Source: Sphaerodactylus townsendi (Eukaryota). Taken from it: a stretch of 64,000 bases of DNA. Made by a program: the position numbers and the translations under genes. Below the pieces are notes generated by a model. That model saw only the letters and a list, made by a program, of their open reading frames with translations. It made no database searches and had not been told where the DNA came from. Of the stretch, positions 25,001 to 39,235 are shown one piece after another (position 1 is the first letter of the stretch; the number at the start of each line of letters is the position of its first letter). The stretch spans positions 66,030,001-66,094,000 of the forward strand of contig NC_059432.1 in assembly GCF_021028975.2 (NCBI RefSeq). Direction: 5' to 3'.

Positions 25001-27218
25001 TGAAAGGCCAGACAGCTCTTCATTCCTGAAGAGCAGCAATTGGCAACAGAGATCCCTCAGTCTTTGATCCAAATATTTGCAGTGCCATCCAAAAAAAAGC
25101 TGTACCCTCCTAAGCCCATTGACTTCATCAGCGAATTGTACATTTTCGCTTATGTGTCTTAATCTGGGGAATTTAAACCTTGTTAATTGGATTTCTATAT
25201 TTTGTGTTCTTGAGACTTAGTAATGCAATGTAATCCACCTTGAGACTGAGGAAATACGTGGGATACAAGTATTTGAAAATAACAAATAAATGGAGTTCAG
25301 GAAGATGATGTCTCGTCATAGGGGCCTTTGAGAAATGCTGCCAGTGTCTCCCAGTGAGAGAGCTTATTAACTAGGCTTAGGCTTAGGTGAGTGGTTGTAT
25401 GTCTAGCCTGGAGCATCCACACAACATTTTCTGCTAGTTTCTCCAGTCTGCTACATCTTCCCCAATCCTGGTTTGGTACACTCTTTTAGGAAAGATTTTA
25501 GCCAACATGCATTTCATGTGGTGTATGTCGGAAGCTGTGCATTGTTGTATATCCTGTCCACATCAGTGCCATTTTCTTTGCCTCCTGCAGCTGCCATCCT
25601 ACCACTCTGCAACACAGCTTTTCAAAAAATCACATCAGTAGTTGATATATCACTTTTGTATCAAGTTACAGTGATATGTCAATTTCAGATTTTATGCTGT
25701 AGCAATCTATAGCCAATTGTTTTTAAAGGCCAGAAAAAGTTCTCTGTTGGCATGGAATGGTGGCTGGCTGCAGGGATCTGAGGCAGGGAAGGGGGGTACT
25801 ATTGTGTGAACATTTCATTAATATGCCAAATGCCTTTGCATTCACAGTGGCAATGGAAGGGACATAGAAAATAGTTGCCATGTGGAGACAGCCAAGAGGA
25901 TGGCGTGTTGGGAGATGGACCAGGCAAAGAGCAGAAAAAATGAAATGCATTTGTGAAGATTCAAATGTGTAAAGTTCTGGGCCTTAATTCCTGTAACCTT
26001 GGGCCTGACATATTATATAGGGTCTTGGCTATCTATCAACAGGGTTGTTGTGATGATAAAATGAGGGGGACTGTTCATGCTGTCACTATCCTGAAGTCTC
26101 TTGGAGGAAGGCTGGAATAAAATGCAACAACTAATAATAAGTGTCTTTACAGATTACTGTTTTGTAACACAATAAAAGCCCAGCAATTATTCATTTCTGA
26201 TAGAAGTATCTGTCTTCCAGGAAATGAGTCAGTTGAAAAGAAATTGCATTTTCCTGGTACATAAACCACAATGGTCTATTGCTTGGAAAATTCTCTTTCC
26301 CTCTCATCTAGATTGCTTATTGCAATTGTAACTGCTATGAAGGATGAAATTATACAGATCCCATGGGGTCCTATTCAACATAGACCACAATTCTGTAAAT
26401 GTTGTTAAATTTAATTGTGAAAACTTTTTTGAAGGGTGATTGCTCCTCCACTGACCCACTGCAAATACCAGAAAAGCTCCACCTTGCTCACAAATCACAA
26501 CCCTGCTATTACTCATATTTTTTCTATTGTTTTGCGCTGAATGAAGCCACTGAGATTCAACTCTTCCTTGACAGAACTAGAAAGCATCTCTGGTGCAACA
26601 TCCCCACCACCTTGATTGTTTAGTAAGAACTTTAACCTTCTCCAGGAGTAAAATGTTTGCTTATATTAATTATTTTGTGCATATGTTATTCATTTCCAGC
26701 AGCATGACTATCCAACAACAACATACATTATAATTATTGTTTTAAATTAGATTTACATATTTAGTAACACAAAAATTATGGGCTGGGCCCCATGATTGGC
26801 AGAAACAAGTGTTATAGATCTTTCCACGTTCCTCTTCCCTCAATAGTCCCTTCTGACCACAGGAAAATGTACTCCCGGGGTCATAGTCTGCAGTGGGGAG
26901 GTAGATGGGGGTGAAATCTGCTCTTTCTTTTTCCTGATGGATTTCAGGTTCCAGCTTTCTGATTACAATTAAAGCCCAGTTGTTACTTCAAGTGTTTCAA
27001 GGCTCATTTTGATTTAACAGAAATGAACACTCAATGAGCAGTTAATCATTTAGCAAAAGCTCATCTGCTAAAGATACAAGTGCAACATACAGCCAAAGAT
27101 CCAGACAAAGTATCACTACAAAAGATTGATCAGAGCATCCTGGCAACTTTCGAAGGGTTGAAATGATACATTTTGTTTAAAAGGGTTGCTGCCAGAGCCT
27201 CAAGAACACCCCTTCTTC

Positions 27219-29346
27219 AAAAGCATTTTTAATAAGTTTCTGTCAGGCCATCTGGATCCAGGTGCTTTGTCCTTTCTGAGGTTTTTTTAAAATAGCATGA
27301 TTAATTTCTTGTATTGTTATGATTTGATTTAGAATTCTTCTGTGCTCACATAGTAATCTTTGAGTCGGTATTTCTGTTAAATATATATCCATATCTTCCA
27401 CATGTATAGAAAATTTTGAATAAAGATTTTTTAAAATTATTTGTTCATGTATTTATTATTTATTCTGGCAATGGAAATACTAGCTATAAAAATTAGACAA
27501 GATATAAGGATCTCTGGAATAAAAAAGACAAATGAGTATAAAATTAAAAGTTATGTGGATGATGTTGTTATATCAATAATAAAACCAAATATCTCAAATA
27601 TACAATGGAACAAAAATAGATTTGGAATTTATTTTGGATATAAATCGAATAAAAAGAAGACAACAATATTAGTTGTTAGTAACAACAACTAAAGTAGAAA
27701 AAAGAAGGGATAGAAAAATTAATAAAATATATTGTTAGTAAAAAAAATAAGCTATTTGAATATATATGTAATGGGACAAAATGACAATCTCTACAAAGAT
27801 AATTATCAAAAAGTTTGGACAAATAACTAGAAAGATAGGAAAAGTTAATAATTTCCTGGTTAGGAAGAATTTCTGCATTTAAAATGAATATATTACCAAA
27901 GTGTATTTTTTTATTCCAAATGTTACACTTTATATAGATAAAAAGACCTTAATAATGGCATAGAACAATAAAAAAATTGATATGGAGTGAAAAGAAGCCA
28001 AGATTAAGATTTTAAATATTGCAAGACTTTTTTTTTAAGAAGAAGTTTAGCAGTACTGAACATTAAATTGTACCTTTAAGATGCTGTACCAGTCTGTGTG
28101 TCAGACTGGATTATCAATCCAAATCGAGAGAATATAAAACTGGAAAAAATTGACACTAAAGAAGGAATAAATAACTATCTATGGATTAAAAAGCCACTAG
28201 GAACAATTCAAGTTCAAGATGGAAGTAATATTTTGAGAGATGGTTTGTTAAGAATATGGTTTTAATGGAGAATAAACCCACCAAATTCACCATTGACACC
28301 TTGAGTTGACATTTATTCTGGTAACACAACAAAGAAGAAAATTAATTATATAACTTATGAAAATATGATGGACAATCTAGAAAAAAAAAACTCTGGCAAA
28401 CAATCAAAGATGAAAGAAAAATGATACCATCAAAGGTTATCAAAAATGTTATCAAAATTCAGGGAACAAATAGCCAAAGAAGGCAGCCAATTAAGATGAC
28501 GACTTTTGAACCATTAATCACTAAAGACTCAAGACATTTATTAAGAAAAAATTATAAAATATTATTGTAATATGATACTAAAACAGACCAAGTAAAAGAT
28601 TGCATTATAAAATGTATGCGAATTTTTGGAGAAAACATACACATGAGTCAATGGGAAAATCTTTGGACTAAAGATATTATGTTTAGAGAATGTCAAATAT
28701 TAAGAATGAAATGGTATAAAATATTCTTCAGACAATATATTACACCTAAAGATATAGCTAAAACTAACAAAGATTATAATGGGAAGTGTGGGAAATGTTA
28801 GAACACAGATGCAACATGTCACATGTGGTGGGCATATTAAAAAGCAAGAAAACATTAGAGATACACGATGATACTAAAACTTCAGTTTGAGATGAATCTG
28901 AAAAATATGCTACTAAATATTGTACCAAGTAATATTCCAAAATTATTCAAGTACATGGTGACGTTGATAAGAGTAAAAGAGAAATATCCAGATTTGAATG
29001 AATCGATGAATAAATTAACTGAATGGCAAAATTAACATTATTTATACATCCTTTATACAATTTCAGAATTTCAAGAAAAATTGAATGTATTTTAATTATA
29101 TAGTTGAAATTTAAGAATAAAATTAAATCAAGTTAAACCAAAACAGAAAAAGACAGGTTTAGGCAATATATATTTCACAATAAATATGCTATAAAATATT
29201 AAGATAAATTTGCAAAGATGAGTAATTTTTTTAAAATGTAAATTTAGATTGTAAGCTCCATACAAAAATGAATGTGGCTGTCTATGCATTTTGTCTATGT
29301 TTGCTGTGTGTGTTGAAATAAAATTTGTAAAACTTAAAAAAATAAG
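27219..29346 (+). mobile_element. old 5'-truncated L1-clade LINE with inverted 5' segment
   Basis: + strand from 27441: LLFILAMEILA...YVDD, then degraded ORF2 to an A-rich tail at ~29335; 27219-27440 reads on the - strand as ITIQEINHAI...KDKAPG-x-DGL. Confidence 0.8.
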
Positions 29347-29538
29347 AGAATACTGCTTCCTCTTTATAAACCAGTCCATCTCCAGTACAATAGCATTATT
29401 GTATGGCCTATTTTGCAAACAAAAAATTATTTAGGGGAAAGCCTCATTAATATTATTTTTATTGAGTGATGTGTGTGTGTGTATTCATCTGACAACTTAT
29501 CTCTAGATAAAGATAACGTACATCAAAGAAAAACATAC

Positions 29539-29755
29539 CAGGAAGTGCTAGAAGTGTGTCAAACTCTCTGCAATTGGAGACACCAGTACTGTCTTCCGCA
29601 CAGCTGCGCCACAGGTTTTCATATATGGTGGAGGATGTAATCACACTCCCAAGATTAGAAGATACTTTCCAGTAGCTATTTGACAAAACTGCTCCAACCA
29701 TTATCCATCCACTAATACAGAATAGAAATCCAGCGATTTCTAAAATAACAGACAT
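29539..29755 (-). CDS. claudin-10/15-like, proximal first exon (10b/15-type)
   Basis: MSVILEIAGFLFCISGW...YWKVSS...YENLWRSCAEDSTGVSNCREF with W-LW-C-C signature; 217 nt, donor G|GTATG, phase 1; exons 1-5 sum to 675 nt = 224 aa + stop. Confidence 0.95.
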
Positions 29756-32700
29756 GCTGAAAGTATTCACAAATATCTGTTATATTAAGAGTACTTGCTG
29801 TCTTAGCTCCAGCTTCACTCCAAAATGAGGCCACCTTTGCTCTTTGCTCAGTATAAACGATAAGATGTATATCACATTGCTTTAATAATCATGGGGCATG
29901 GTTTAAGAAGATAGCAGTGGATTAATACATTAATTAATATTGAGTTGGCTCTAGACTACTGTGACAATTTTCCCTTACTCCTCCTTCTTTCATGTCATTC
30001 ATTAAGGCTTTCTAGCCCTTAGGAAGAGTATTTTGTGGAGATCACTGGGCTGCCGTGTGTGTGTGTGAGGGGGGGTGTATGCAAGGGTTGCATTATAGCT
30101 CCAAATAACATCACCAGTTGAAATACTGCCTGTAAGAAACAAAGGCTATCTGCTTAGAATGAAAACACCTGGGTCTGTGCTAATGAAGGTCAGATAAGTT
30201 AAAATAGGAGTGGGAGGGAAATTCAAGGAGAGTTTTTGTTTGGCATTTGGCAGCTCATTTGGGCGGATGGCACTGATCTTTTTCTCAATATACCGGAAGG
30301 TTTGTTTTGTTGAGAATTATTGGATAATCTCAAGGATTACCTTTTCTTGTTTTAACCACTTTGAATAAAAAGCTTTTGAACTTTATTACCGCTGGCAGCT
30401 GAAAGTTTTTGTTTACATCTCACTTCGCTTGTGAAAGAAAAAGCCTTAATAGAAAAGGTTGTTTTGGAGAAAAGCTTTCTGGAGGACTCTACAGGCCGCT
30501 TGTCATCTGACTCATAAAGTTGCAAGAAGGCCAGAACGAGGGCACAGGCTCATGGGGGGCAGGGGCGGGGGTTGAGGAGGAATGTTCTGTTCTGCCATTG
30601 GAAAAATTACAATGCTGTCCCAGGGGGGTCTTGGGGAGCTGATTGATCCTTATGCTGGCATAGGTTGGAGGTATGCTGACATAAGGGACTGACATACAGG
30701 CACAGGCCCTTAGAGCCACTCTGCTGCTCTCGGGCATGGTGCTGCTGTGTGACAGCTGTGCTTTAATTCAGGCACAGGGCTTTGCATCAGCGTTGTTGTG
30801 GGTGGATCATAGGATGTGGCTGGAGTTAGTCTGCTCCCTACTGCCTTTCAGCCCCTAGCAAAGTTGTGCCAAGAAAAATGGTGGCATTATTCATAGGCGA
30901 CTACAAAATAGCAAAAACTAGAGTCCCCCACTGCCATGGCCATGCGGCATCAAGTAGCTCTAAAGCTGACTAAAGGCACTACCAATCACCTCCCTACCCT
31001 GAGGCGGCCAATCACCCAGTCACAGCTCCCCCTCACTCCACCCCTTCAAAAACCACAGCCAGGATGCCCCACATCTCATGGGGTAGAGTGTGTGGTATGA
31101 CATGTTGTTTGACAGCTCCTCACCATGCAGATTTACAAGTGCTGACACACCTTGGAGGCAGGAAAAACACACAGAGGACAGTTAACACTACTGGCGACCA
31201 GTTTGCATAAACATGCAACAGGAAGAGCAAAGTCCATACTCCATGACTGACCTTTCTCCATTCTGAAACCAATCAGGGACCCCATCTCTTTCACCAGGAG
31301 CCAAAGGGGTAGGAATGCACACTGACAGATAAGCTGCCTTTCTCCTTGTTTGTGGTTGGGAGCTGCCTTAGAAATACACCTCCTGAATCCAAGCCCAACA
31401 GGGGAAGCAGAAACTCCATTATTTCCATCCACCATTGCTCCTGTGCACAAGGAGGTTTTGTGCATGGAGAATGGGCCAGTACAGTTGTCCAGAGAGAAGG
31501 CCCAAGCTTTTGTCTCTGCACTCAGGCAGTTGCTGGACTCTCCTGCAGACAGGAAGTGTTGAGGGAGGGGGGCAGAGGTCCACCATGTGGAGTAGAGTGA
31601 ATAACCACATCATTCTTGAAATCATTCCCTTGTAGCAACAGACTCTAATGGAGCTGATGCCAATGGGGACCCATCATTTGTTTTTGGTTTGAACATGAGC
31701 ACTAGACAGATTAGGGTGTTTTGGATGCTGTGAGCCTTTGCTGGTGGGGGGTAGCAGTTGTGGCACAGGTTCATCCCAAAGGTCGTGGAGTGGCATGTGT
31801 TATAGTGTGCAAGGTAATCTAAATCTCCACAGCTCAAAAGGCAGAGTGGGGAATCAAACCCAGTTCTCCAGATTAGAGTGCACCGGCTCTTAACCACTAT
31901 GTAACGCGGCAGCGTGGTTGCTGGTCACACTAACATGATGGGCTCCCCTGCAGGGAGTGGACTAGAAGCATCATAGTTATGGCATAGCTAACTGCTGTGG
32001 CAAGACAAAGGATTGCTTGGTCTGGATCGAAACCATTATCAGCATGGTTTCACAAATCCACATCCCATCTCCTGCACTAAGGCTCATAAACATCTTTTTT
32101 ACAGGCTGTAGTTTTTTTAAAAAGTATTTAATGCTGGAGTGGTAGCAATGAAAAGAAAATCGGTGCTGAAATGTGAGTGAGGCAAATGGGAGAAGAAATA
32201 TCAGCCTAATATTTACATTGCCCTTATTGTAGCTCTTTAATTAATATGGTTTTATGTCATATCATTAAGGCCTATGGCTATAACATTTAATAAATATATA
32301 CTTCATTTACATTGCCCCCACCTTCTGCAGCAAGGTCTTCATCTTCCTATACAGGCTTAAAGCAGCCCCAGGGGCATTTCTGATCAGGAAGGCTGCATTA
32401 AGAGGACCAGTTATATACCTTTTTTTTTTCACTGCAGCCCTAGTTTAGATGTCTCCTTTACTTCCATCCCAGAACTGCTTTTTACAAGTAAATTATGTCA
32501 GGAATATGATTATGGATTATGGATACAACATGGCCACCATCTGAATGGTGCTTTAAAATGTTCACCTTTGCAGCTGTCCCCACTCATCAAGTCACATACA
32601 ATTGCTTGTGGAGAAGAAATTTTATTTTCTCGATGGCCCATTCAGCTGGAATCCCAAAATAGACCAAAGAAGACTCTTGTACAGATGTTCTTCACCAGGT

Positions 32701-34557
32701 CGGCTACAAACTATAAAATTCTGAGTAGCATGTTCTTTCAGTAGCATGTCTGTCTAGCACATATCTTGTGTTGACGCATTTCCAACAACTGATGATACTG
32801 AATCATGTTCTTGATATACCATGCTAAGCTGATATACTGTCAATCATCCAGATTTTAATTTTCAAGGGAAAATAAAACCTGACAGCATTTGATTAATATG
32901 TTTGTTTAATAAAGCACAAGGATCAGAAAAGGAGACAAAGTCTCGAAGATTAAAGTATAATAAGAAAGCAATTAAAGATAAAAATAACGACTTACGTAGA
33001 TTATTAGTAAATGTTAGGATTGTTTTCTTGATTTATTGTATGGGAAGAGAATGAATAGAATGCCTAACTTCCATAAAACTACTACCAGCAATTATGGTGC
33101 TAATAGCCATGTAGTCGAAATGCTAAACACTTTCAACCACACTCATAAAAAACAAACCTCATTTCTGAACATGTTAAAGGCTTATCAAGTTCATACAGAA
33201 TTGTGTAGCAAAAAAGCATTAAAAAGTCAAAATGTTGGTGGCATATAAAACAAATGTAAGGATTGCATAATTTAATACACATTTATGATGAGGCATTAAA
33301 TATATGATTTTTTTGGCAACAATTAGAAAAAGTATTTTGAATATGATGGGAATCATAGTCCATTCTTCGGTAATGGGCTGGCTCAGAAAAACCTACATGC
33401 AGAATGCAAGATTCAAATGTACATTGCAATAGCAAGCTATATTTTGTAGTAGTAAATTTTATAATTTCCAAAAGAGTGTTTACTTATAAAGTATGATGCA
33501 TTTTTAGTGAAAATTTGGTAAATGATTCTTTTAAAAAATCTTAATGGGAATATGCTGAATTCTCTTTACCAAGTTGAATTATCATATACAAATTATTAAT
33601 TAAAACAGATTAAAATGGCTGGATCACATCAGGAGTGAAAGAGATGAAATGATCAAGTTCCAATTTCAAAACAATTTAAGTTGGGATGAAATTTAAGTTG
33701 CATAGGCTTTCTTTCCTTTCCCCTCTCCATATAGTACTGTAGCATAATATTTGGATTTTTAAAAATCTGAATATGGTAATCTGTTTCTTGGAAATGGGGA
33801 ATTCTCATTTCCCAGTACTAGGGGCAGGTAGAGATTGACCAGATTTGGATGGTCTCTTACCTTGAAAACTGCATAAGAGGTCACTACAAGTCAGCTATGA
33901 CTTGATGACAATTGACAGATGCACATTCACAAACAGACACACATTGAAATCAACAGAAAAAGAAGGGCCAGAGATGCATATAGGAAAGTTAGGACACTGA
34001 CTCAACCCCAAATAAGATCTGAACCAATCAATTTTAATTGCTTTTTTATGTTTTTTATTTAAAATACAGGTTCATTGCAGGTTATACTAACTATATAAAC
34101 ACTTCACAGCCACAAATAACTGAGAAAATTACTCAAACATGAGACAAAACGTTGTAACACAAATTGCTTCAGTACAGTCTAAACCAGCTTCTTTATAATG
34201 GTTATTTAAAATGTCAAGTGTTGCTTGAATTATTTTTAGAGTGTGTAGGTAGAATTCAGTATAGCATTACTCTTATCAAGACTAGTTTCTGACTCAGAGT
34301 ATACCAGTAAAGGAAACTACTTTTCTTGAAACCTAGAAGAATATGAAGGATCTTCTCAATTTAAAACAAAACGGTTTTGTCTAACATAATTTCCACATTT
34401 TGAAAAAAAGCTGCAGGTAAACCTGTTGATCTAAAGAAAGATTCCAAGCCAAAAGTCACATAATACCTTTTATGAAGACCCAATGCTATAAAGCTTAACT
34501 TCATATTCAAATATGCAGCTAGCACTTTCATTGCTGTATAAGACTATTGCTGTGCAG

Positions 34558-35640
34558 ATAGAATCATAGGAGTTGGAAAGGGTCATCCTGGTCATCTAGT
34601 CCAACTCCCTGCTCAATGCGGGATCAATTTAATGTTTGTCCAGCTACTACTTGAAAACTGCCAGTGTGTGTAGTTTACCACGTCCCTCGGTAGCCGATTC
34701 CACTGTTGGAAACTCTTATTGCATTTTTCCCCCCCAAAATCCAGCTGGCACCTTTCTGCTAGTAATTTAAACACATTATTGTGACTTTCTTCTGCTGCCT
34801 TTGTATAGGGCCCAGGAACCTGAACTCATCCAATGAAAACAGGTGCTTCTTAACAATTTCTCTGTCCCTGTCAGCCAGCAGCCCAGATACCGTGCTTTGC
34901 CCTCTACCATCTCTAGATGTCTGATTTCTTCTTCAGGGAAAAAACTTGAAGCAAAGTAGGCACTGAGCTTTTCTGCTTTCTCTCTGTCATCTTCCAGAGT
35001 TTCTCCATTTTCAGCTATTTCCTCTTTTATCTTGCATTTGCTCCTCACACATCTGAAGAAGATTTTTTAGTTGTAGTGAGCTTTTCTGGCCATCCTCAGC
35101 TAAGTGTGAGCTTTGGCCTCTCTGATGGCTGATCTAGAGTCCCTAGCAACCCACAGATGCTCTTCTTTAGAGGTATGTCCTTGCCTCTTCTTGAACATTT
35201 TCTTTTTTCCTCCCTTAATTCATTGTGAAATTCTCTATTCATCCACATTAGCTGATTGGATCCCCTACTATGTCTCCTTCTTGTTGGAATAGTGATGGCT
35301 TGAGCTTTCAGAGCTCTTCTTTTAGGACAGTCCACCCATCACTTGCTTCTTCCCCTTCCAGTAGTCTTGCCCATCATTGCCTCTGAGATTAGTAATGTCT
35401 GCCCTATTAAAATCTAACATACGCATGTAGCTACGAACTTCCTTGGTTCCCCATAGCAAAAGAAATTCTAGAGGACACAGTCACTTCCTTCTAAGGTCCT
35501 CAACACCTTCACCCCATCTACCATCTCTTGGCTGTTGATCAATATCAAGTTGAGTATTGCTGAACCCCTCATAGCTTCTTCTAACATTTGATAGAGGAAG
35601 TTGACAGCCAGGACAGTAAGGAACTTGTGTGACTGTAGAC
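34558..35640 (-). mobile_element. old CR1, 3' half (end of endonuclease, linker, internal deletion, 3' tail)
   Basis: - strand reads LQSHKFLTVLAVNFLYQMLEEAMRGSAILNLILIN, WMNRE, DREKAEKLSAYFAS; CR1 3' end ATAGAATCATAG...ATCTAGTCCAAC at ~34560. Confidence 0.8.
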
Positions 35641-35681
35641 CAGGGGTAGGGAACCTGCGGCTCTCCAGATGTTTACCCCAG
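35641..35681. mobile_element. collapsed 41-bp remnant of the palindromic hAT MITE (left inversion breakpoint)
   Basis: First 33 nt identical to 49424-49456 (CAGGGGTAGGGAACCTGCGGCTCTCCAGATGTT), followed directly by TACCCCAG, the terminal 8 nt with one mismatch. Confidence 0.9.
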
Positions 35682-36025
35682 GTATAGCTAGTTTAACCAG
35701 CAACTCTTCTGCAAAACCAAAACCTAAAAACTAAGCTACATATGATATAAATTACCTGCAATATTCCATTATTGAATAACTTTAAAAGTGTATATTGGTA
35801 TAAAATGGTATTCCAATAAAATTGCTATAAAATTTAAAGTTTACCTAACTAATTTTTTTCTTTGATGCTGGGTTCAGGTTACAGAAAAGTCCCTAGATTT
35901 CAATAATGTCTCCTGTAGGTTAAACCCCCCCCCCCCCAATAACCCTATTTCCTTTTTAACATAGTATGCTTAGTATAGTTTCTGAAAAGAAGGTAGATGA
36001 GATTGGATTCAGAAGTGGGACTCAC

Positions 36026-36096
36026 AGCTCCAAGTGATGGTCCAAACCTTCCTGTGGCTACTTTGCAGACATAACTTACAAATGTGGAAACAGCAC
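36026..36096 (-). CDS. PARL: presenilin-associated rhomboid-like protease, exon 7
   Basis: GAVSTFVSYVCKVATGRFGPSLGA; 71 nt; TAG|/|GTGAGT. Confidence 0.94.
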
Positions 36097-36886
36097 CTAG
36101 AAAAAATTAGTTAAGAAATTAGTTAAGAAATAACATCTCTGGAACCCAAAGCCCTTGAATATTTCTGCTTTCTGTACTAGCCATCCCTCTCACTTATCCA
36201 ACTAAACCTTTTCTAAGGAGCAGCAATGTTTAAGATGGACACAGCCCTCTTTCAGATAATTATTTTAGAAAGTTTATAAGCTGCCTCTTCAGATACCTGC
36301 TTGACTAGAATGTATACACAAGGTGAAAAGCATATCCTGTTCCCAAAGTTGCCTCAATTTAGCGCATGAAGAGCAATGCTTTCCTTTCCCCCTACCACCT
36401 CACTGGGACTTTAAAGCATGCTCTGGTCTTCTAGAAATAAAAATAGGCCTACAGGTGAGGGCAGCAATGGTATTCTATCATAGCTGGCCTCTTTCCCTCC
36501 TCTTTCCCTTTCCTTTCTTTTCCCGTTCTTTTTCTTTCCCTTCTGTTTTCCCTCTCTTTAACTCATTCTCCTTAGTTTGGTGAGAAGTTAATTTTATAGC
36601 ACCTTGTAATTCATTGTTGTAAATGTTAATCTGGTAATTTGTAAACCACACTAAGCCCATTAAGGGGAACGGCAGCCTAGAAATAAACTTATAAATAAAA
36701 TTTAAAAATAAAAATAAGACTCCCTACTTTTTTTTGCTTCTGCATACAAAACAGGCATTCTACCACTAACCACAGACCCTCCCCAAGATATAATACACAA
36801 TACATTCTAAATATCAGTCACATTTAAAGTTATTTTAGCAGCATAAATTAAACATCTAAATATAACCAAGCTTCCGAGTTTATTAC

Positions 36887-37036
36887 CGGCAGAGAAATAG
36901 ACTGCAATGAACTGCTCAGGTCCCAGAAGAGAGACTATGCTGGTTGAGAAGCTCCACAGAACATACATGTTGGCTGCCATGTGCAGAAATGAGAAATGAC
37001 TAAAGGTCGACAGCACCATAGGAAAGCACAAAACTC
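36887..37036 (-). CDS. PARL: PARL exon 6
   Basis: [49 protein letters not shown]; 150 nt. Confidence 0.96.
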
Positions 37037-38133
37037 CTAGGTAAAGAGGAAATGCTATTAGATCATTTTCTTACTATATTCACTCTTAATTTAGGAACTT
37101 ATTTGTTGGAGAAAACTTGACAATGTGTCACATCTGGGTTTCCAAAGCTATTAAGTATTGTCCATCTAACATAAAAAAAGACTAGCCGTCTAACTTCTAT
37201 ATGATAGTTGGGATGGAGTGGAAGAGACATCTTTTTGGTCAGTATGTGTATCAGTTTTTAAATTATGTATTTAATAACAATGGATGGCCCTCTTGTGCAG
37301 ATCAAAAAACCCAGGGTCTATGGCATATGCTTCTGCAAATCTAAGGTAACACTAGGGTAAAAAGAGACTGATTAATCTCAGTTCATGAGACAGTTCATGA
37401 TAGTTCACATGATAGAGACAGTTCATGAGACAGTTCACGTACTCATTAGAAAGAGATGCTGCATTAAAGCTTGACGGATTAGCTGCTTTATATTTCTTTC
37501 AGAATCCTCAGATGAAGCACAAATACATCAGCTACACTTCAGAAGAAGAAACAAGAAATAAGAGGTATTTCTTTGCCTTCTTTACTTGTCATCACAACTC
37601 ACCCCTCTTTCAGAAATCTATCCTGCTACTTCTGACTGATATATAGGTACTATTGTTTTAAAGTAAGAACTAGAATCTCTTTCACAGGATGTTCAGGGCA
37701 GAACCCATGGGTGCTGTCAGGAGTCCCAACCCATTAAAAAGTGTGGGTAACTAGTATTCCCTAGACATGGGAAGGAATCCATTCCATTTTGAGGCCATGG
37801 TTCTCCATCATATCTGCCTTTCCAACTAAAGAACTGCTCAATCAAAAAATGAAGAGTTTCATACTCTCAAATGCAAAAAGAGTACCTAACATGCACAACT
37901 CTTACCTAGTCGATATAACATAAGGAGATATTTTCAAATGTATAAGACATTCATTTTGAGCATTAATATTATCTCAGTAACTATAGCAATATCTATGTGT
38001 AGGTATTATTTTAATTCATTCATTAATTTCTAAGCAGAATCCTTTTCCTTTTACTGAATCCCCAAGTCATAAAGCCAACATAAGTATCAATTAAAAACCA
38101 AGATCTGAATCGTTACAACTACAGCATACTTAC

Positions 38134-38229
38134 GAGAAGCAGGATTAGATGTAAAATATGTGACCATTATCCGCTGCAAAGCAGGTACCCGCCATAAGCA
38201 GAATACTAAGACATTCGCTGCTATAATGC
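38134..38229 (-). CDS. PARL: PARL exon 5
   Basis: GIIAANVLVFCLWRVPALQRIMVTYFTSNPAS; 96 nt. Confidence 0.95.
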
Positions 38230-39235
38230 CTACAAATTTAAAGAGAGTTTAGTGACAAGGCTGACAATCTGGAAAATGATTCAGCTTACAATGTATACAG
38301 CCTAAGAATTATTTCTTTCTTATAAATTCAGTCACCATAAAGTTACTATTTTTAAAAGTGCATTTAAGCAAGAATTACTGAATACGTTATTGGGATAAAG
38401 TCTTGAATTTTCCGCCTAATGGCTAAGAAAATATTGGAAAAAAACAAAACATTGGGTATCCTGATGCCTGAAATAATAGGAAGGAAATATCCTGCATTAG
38501 ATAGGTAATCACTATTTTCTTAAAATGCTGATTTTTAGTTACTGAAATATTTATGTAATAAATGTGCATAAAGCAAATTGTTGTGATATCTTAGTAATAT
38601 ATACATCTTTCTAAGTACACAACTGATGCCAGGACTAACAACTGTTCAAGTGTCCTAGAAGACAGGATCATTCCACCTGAACAGATAAATAATACTCCTT
38701 TAGGAGTAATTTGGCAGCAATATGTCACAATTCTACACAGAAATTAACAGGTAAACTAATAGTGTAGATAATATTAGCATAAACAGAATATGTGCCAGGA
38801 GTGTTTGGGAACATCTCTGATATCTGTACAAGATTCAAGTTGAGGTTCTGTTTCCTCTTCTGCTTGATTGAAGGTACTAAAACCCTGGCCAAAGGCAGAG
38901 ACATAAGCCTTTGGGCAAGAACCAAAGGCCTTGAGTCTTAGCCCGTGGCTTATGCCTGTGAGTTACTCCCCCAGCAGATCTAGGACCAATCTGGAATTCA
39001 TGCTGCATATTTTTGTTTTCTCCTTCTCATTTGTTGAAATTATATTTGGAAGGCTGTGGTTGGGAGGGGGGAGCTGCTTTGGGTTGACAGCAGAGACAAA
39101 AGCAGCATATAAATCCCAACATAAATACTTAGAGAAGCAAGATTGCCCTAGGTTTAACAGCCATCCAGTAACATACTGTACCTGTGTCATATCTCTCTTC
39201 CTGAGAATGTCTAATACTTGTAAGCTAACACAAAC

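Noticed and set aside
37378-37440. Short imperfect tandem repeat (GAGACAGTTCAT)n in PARL intron 5
   Set aside because: Ordinary slippage-type minisatellite with no evidence of function.
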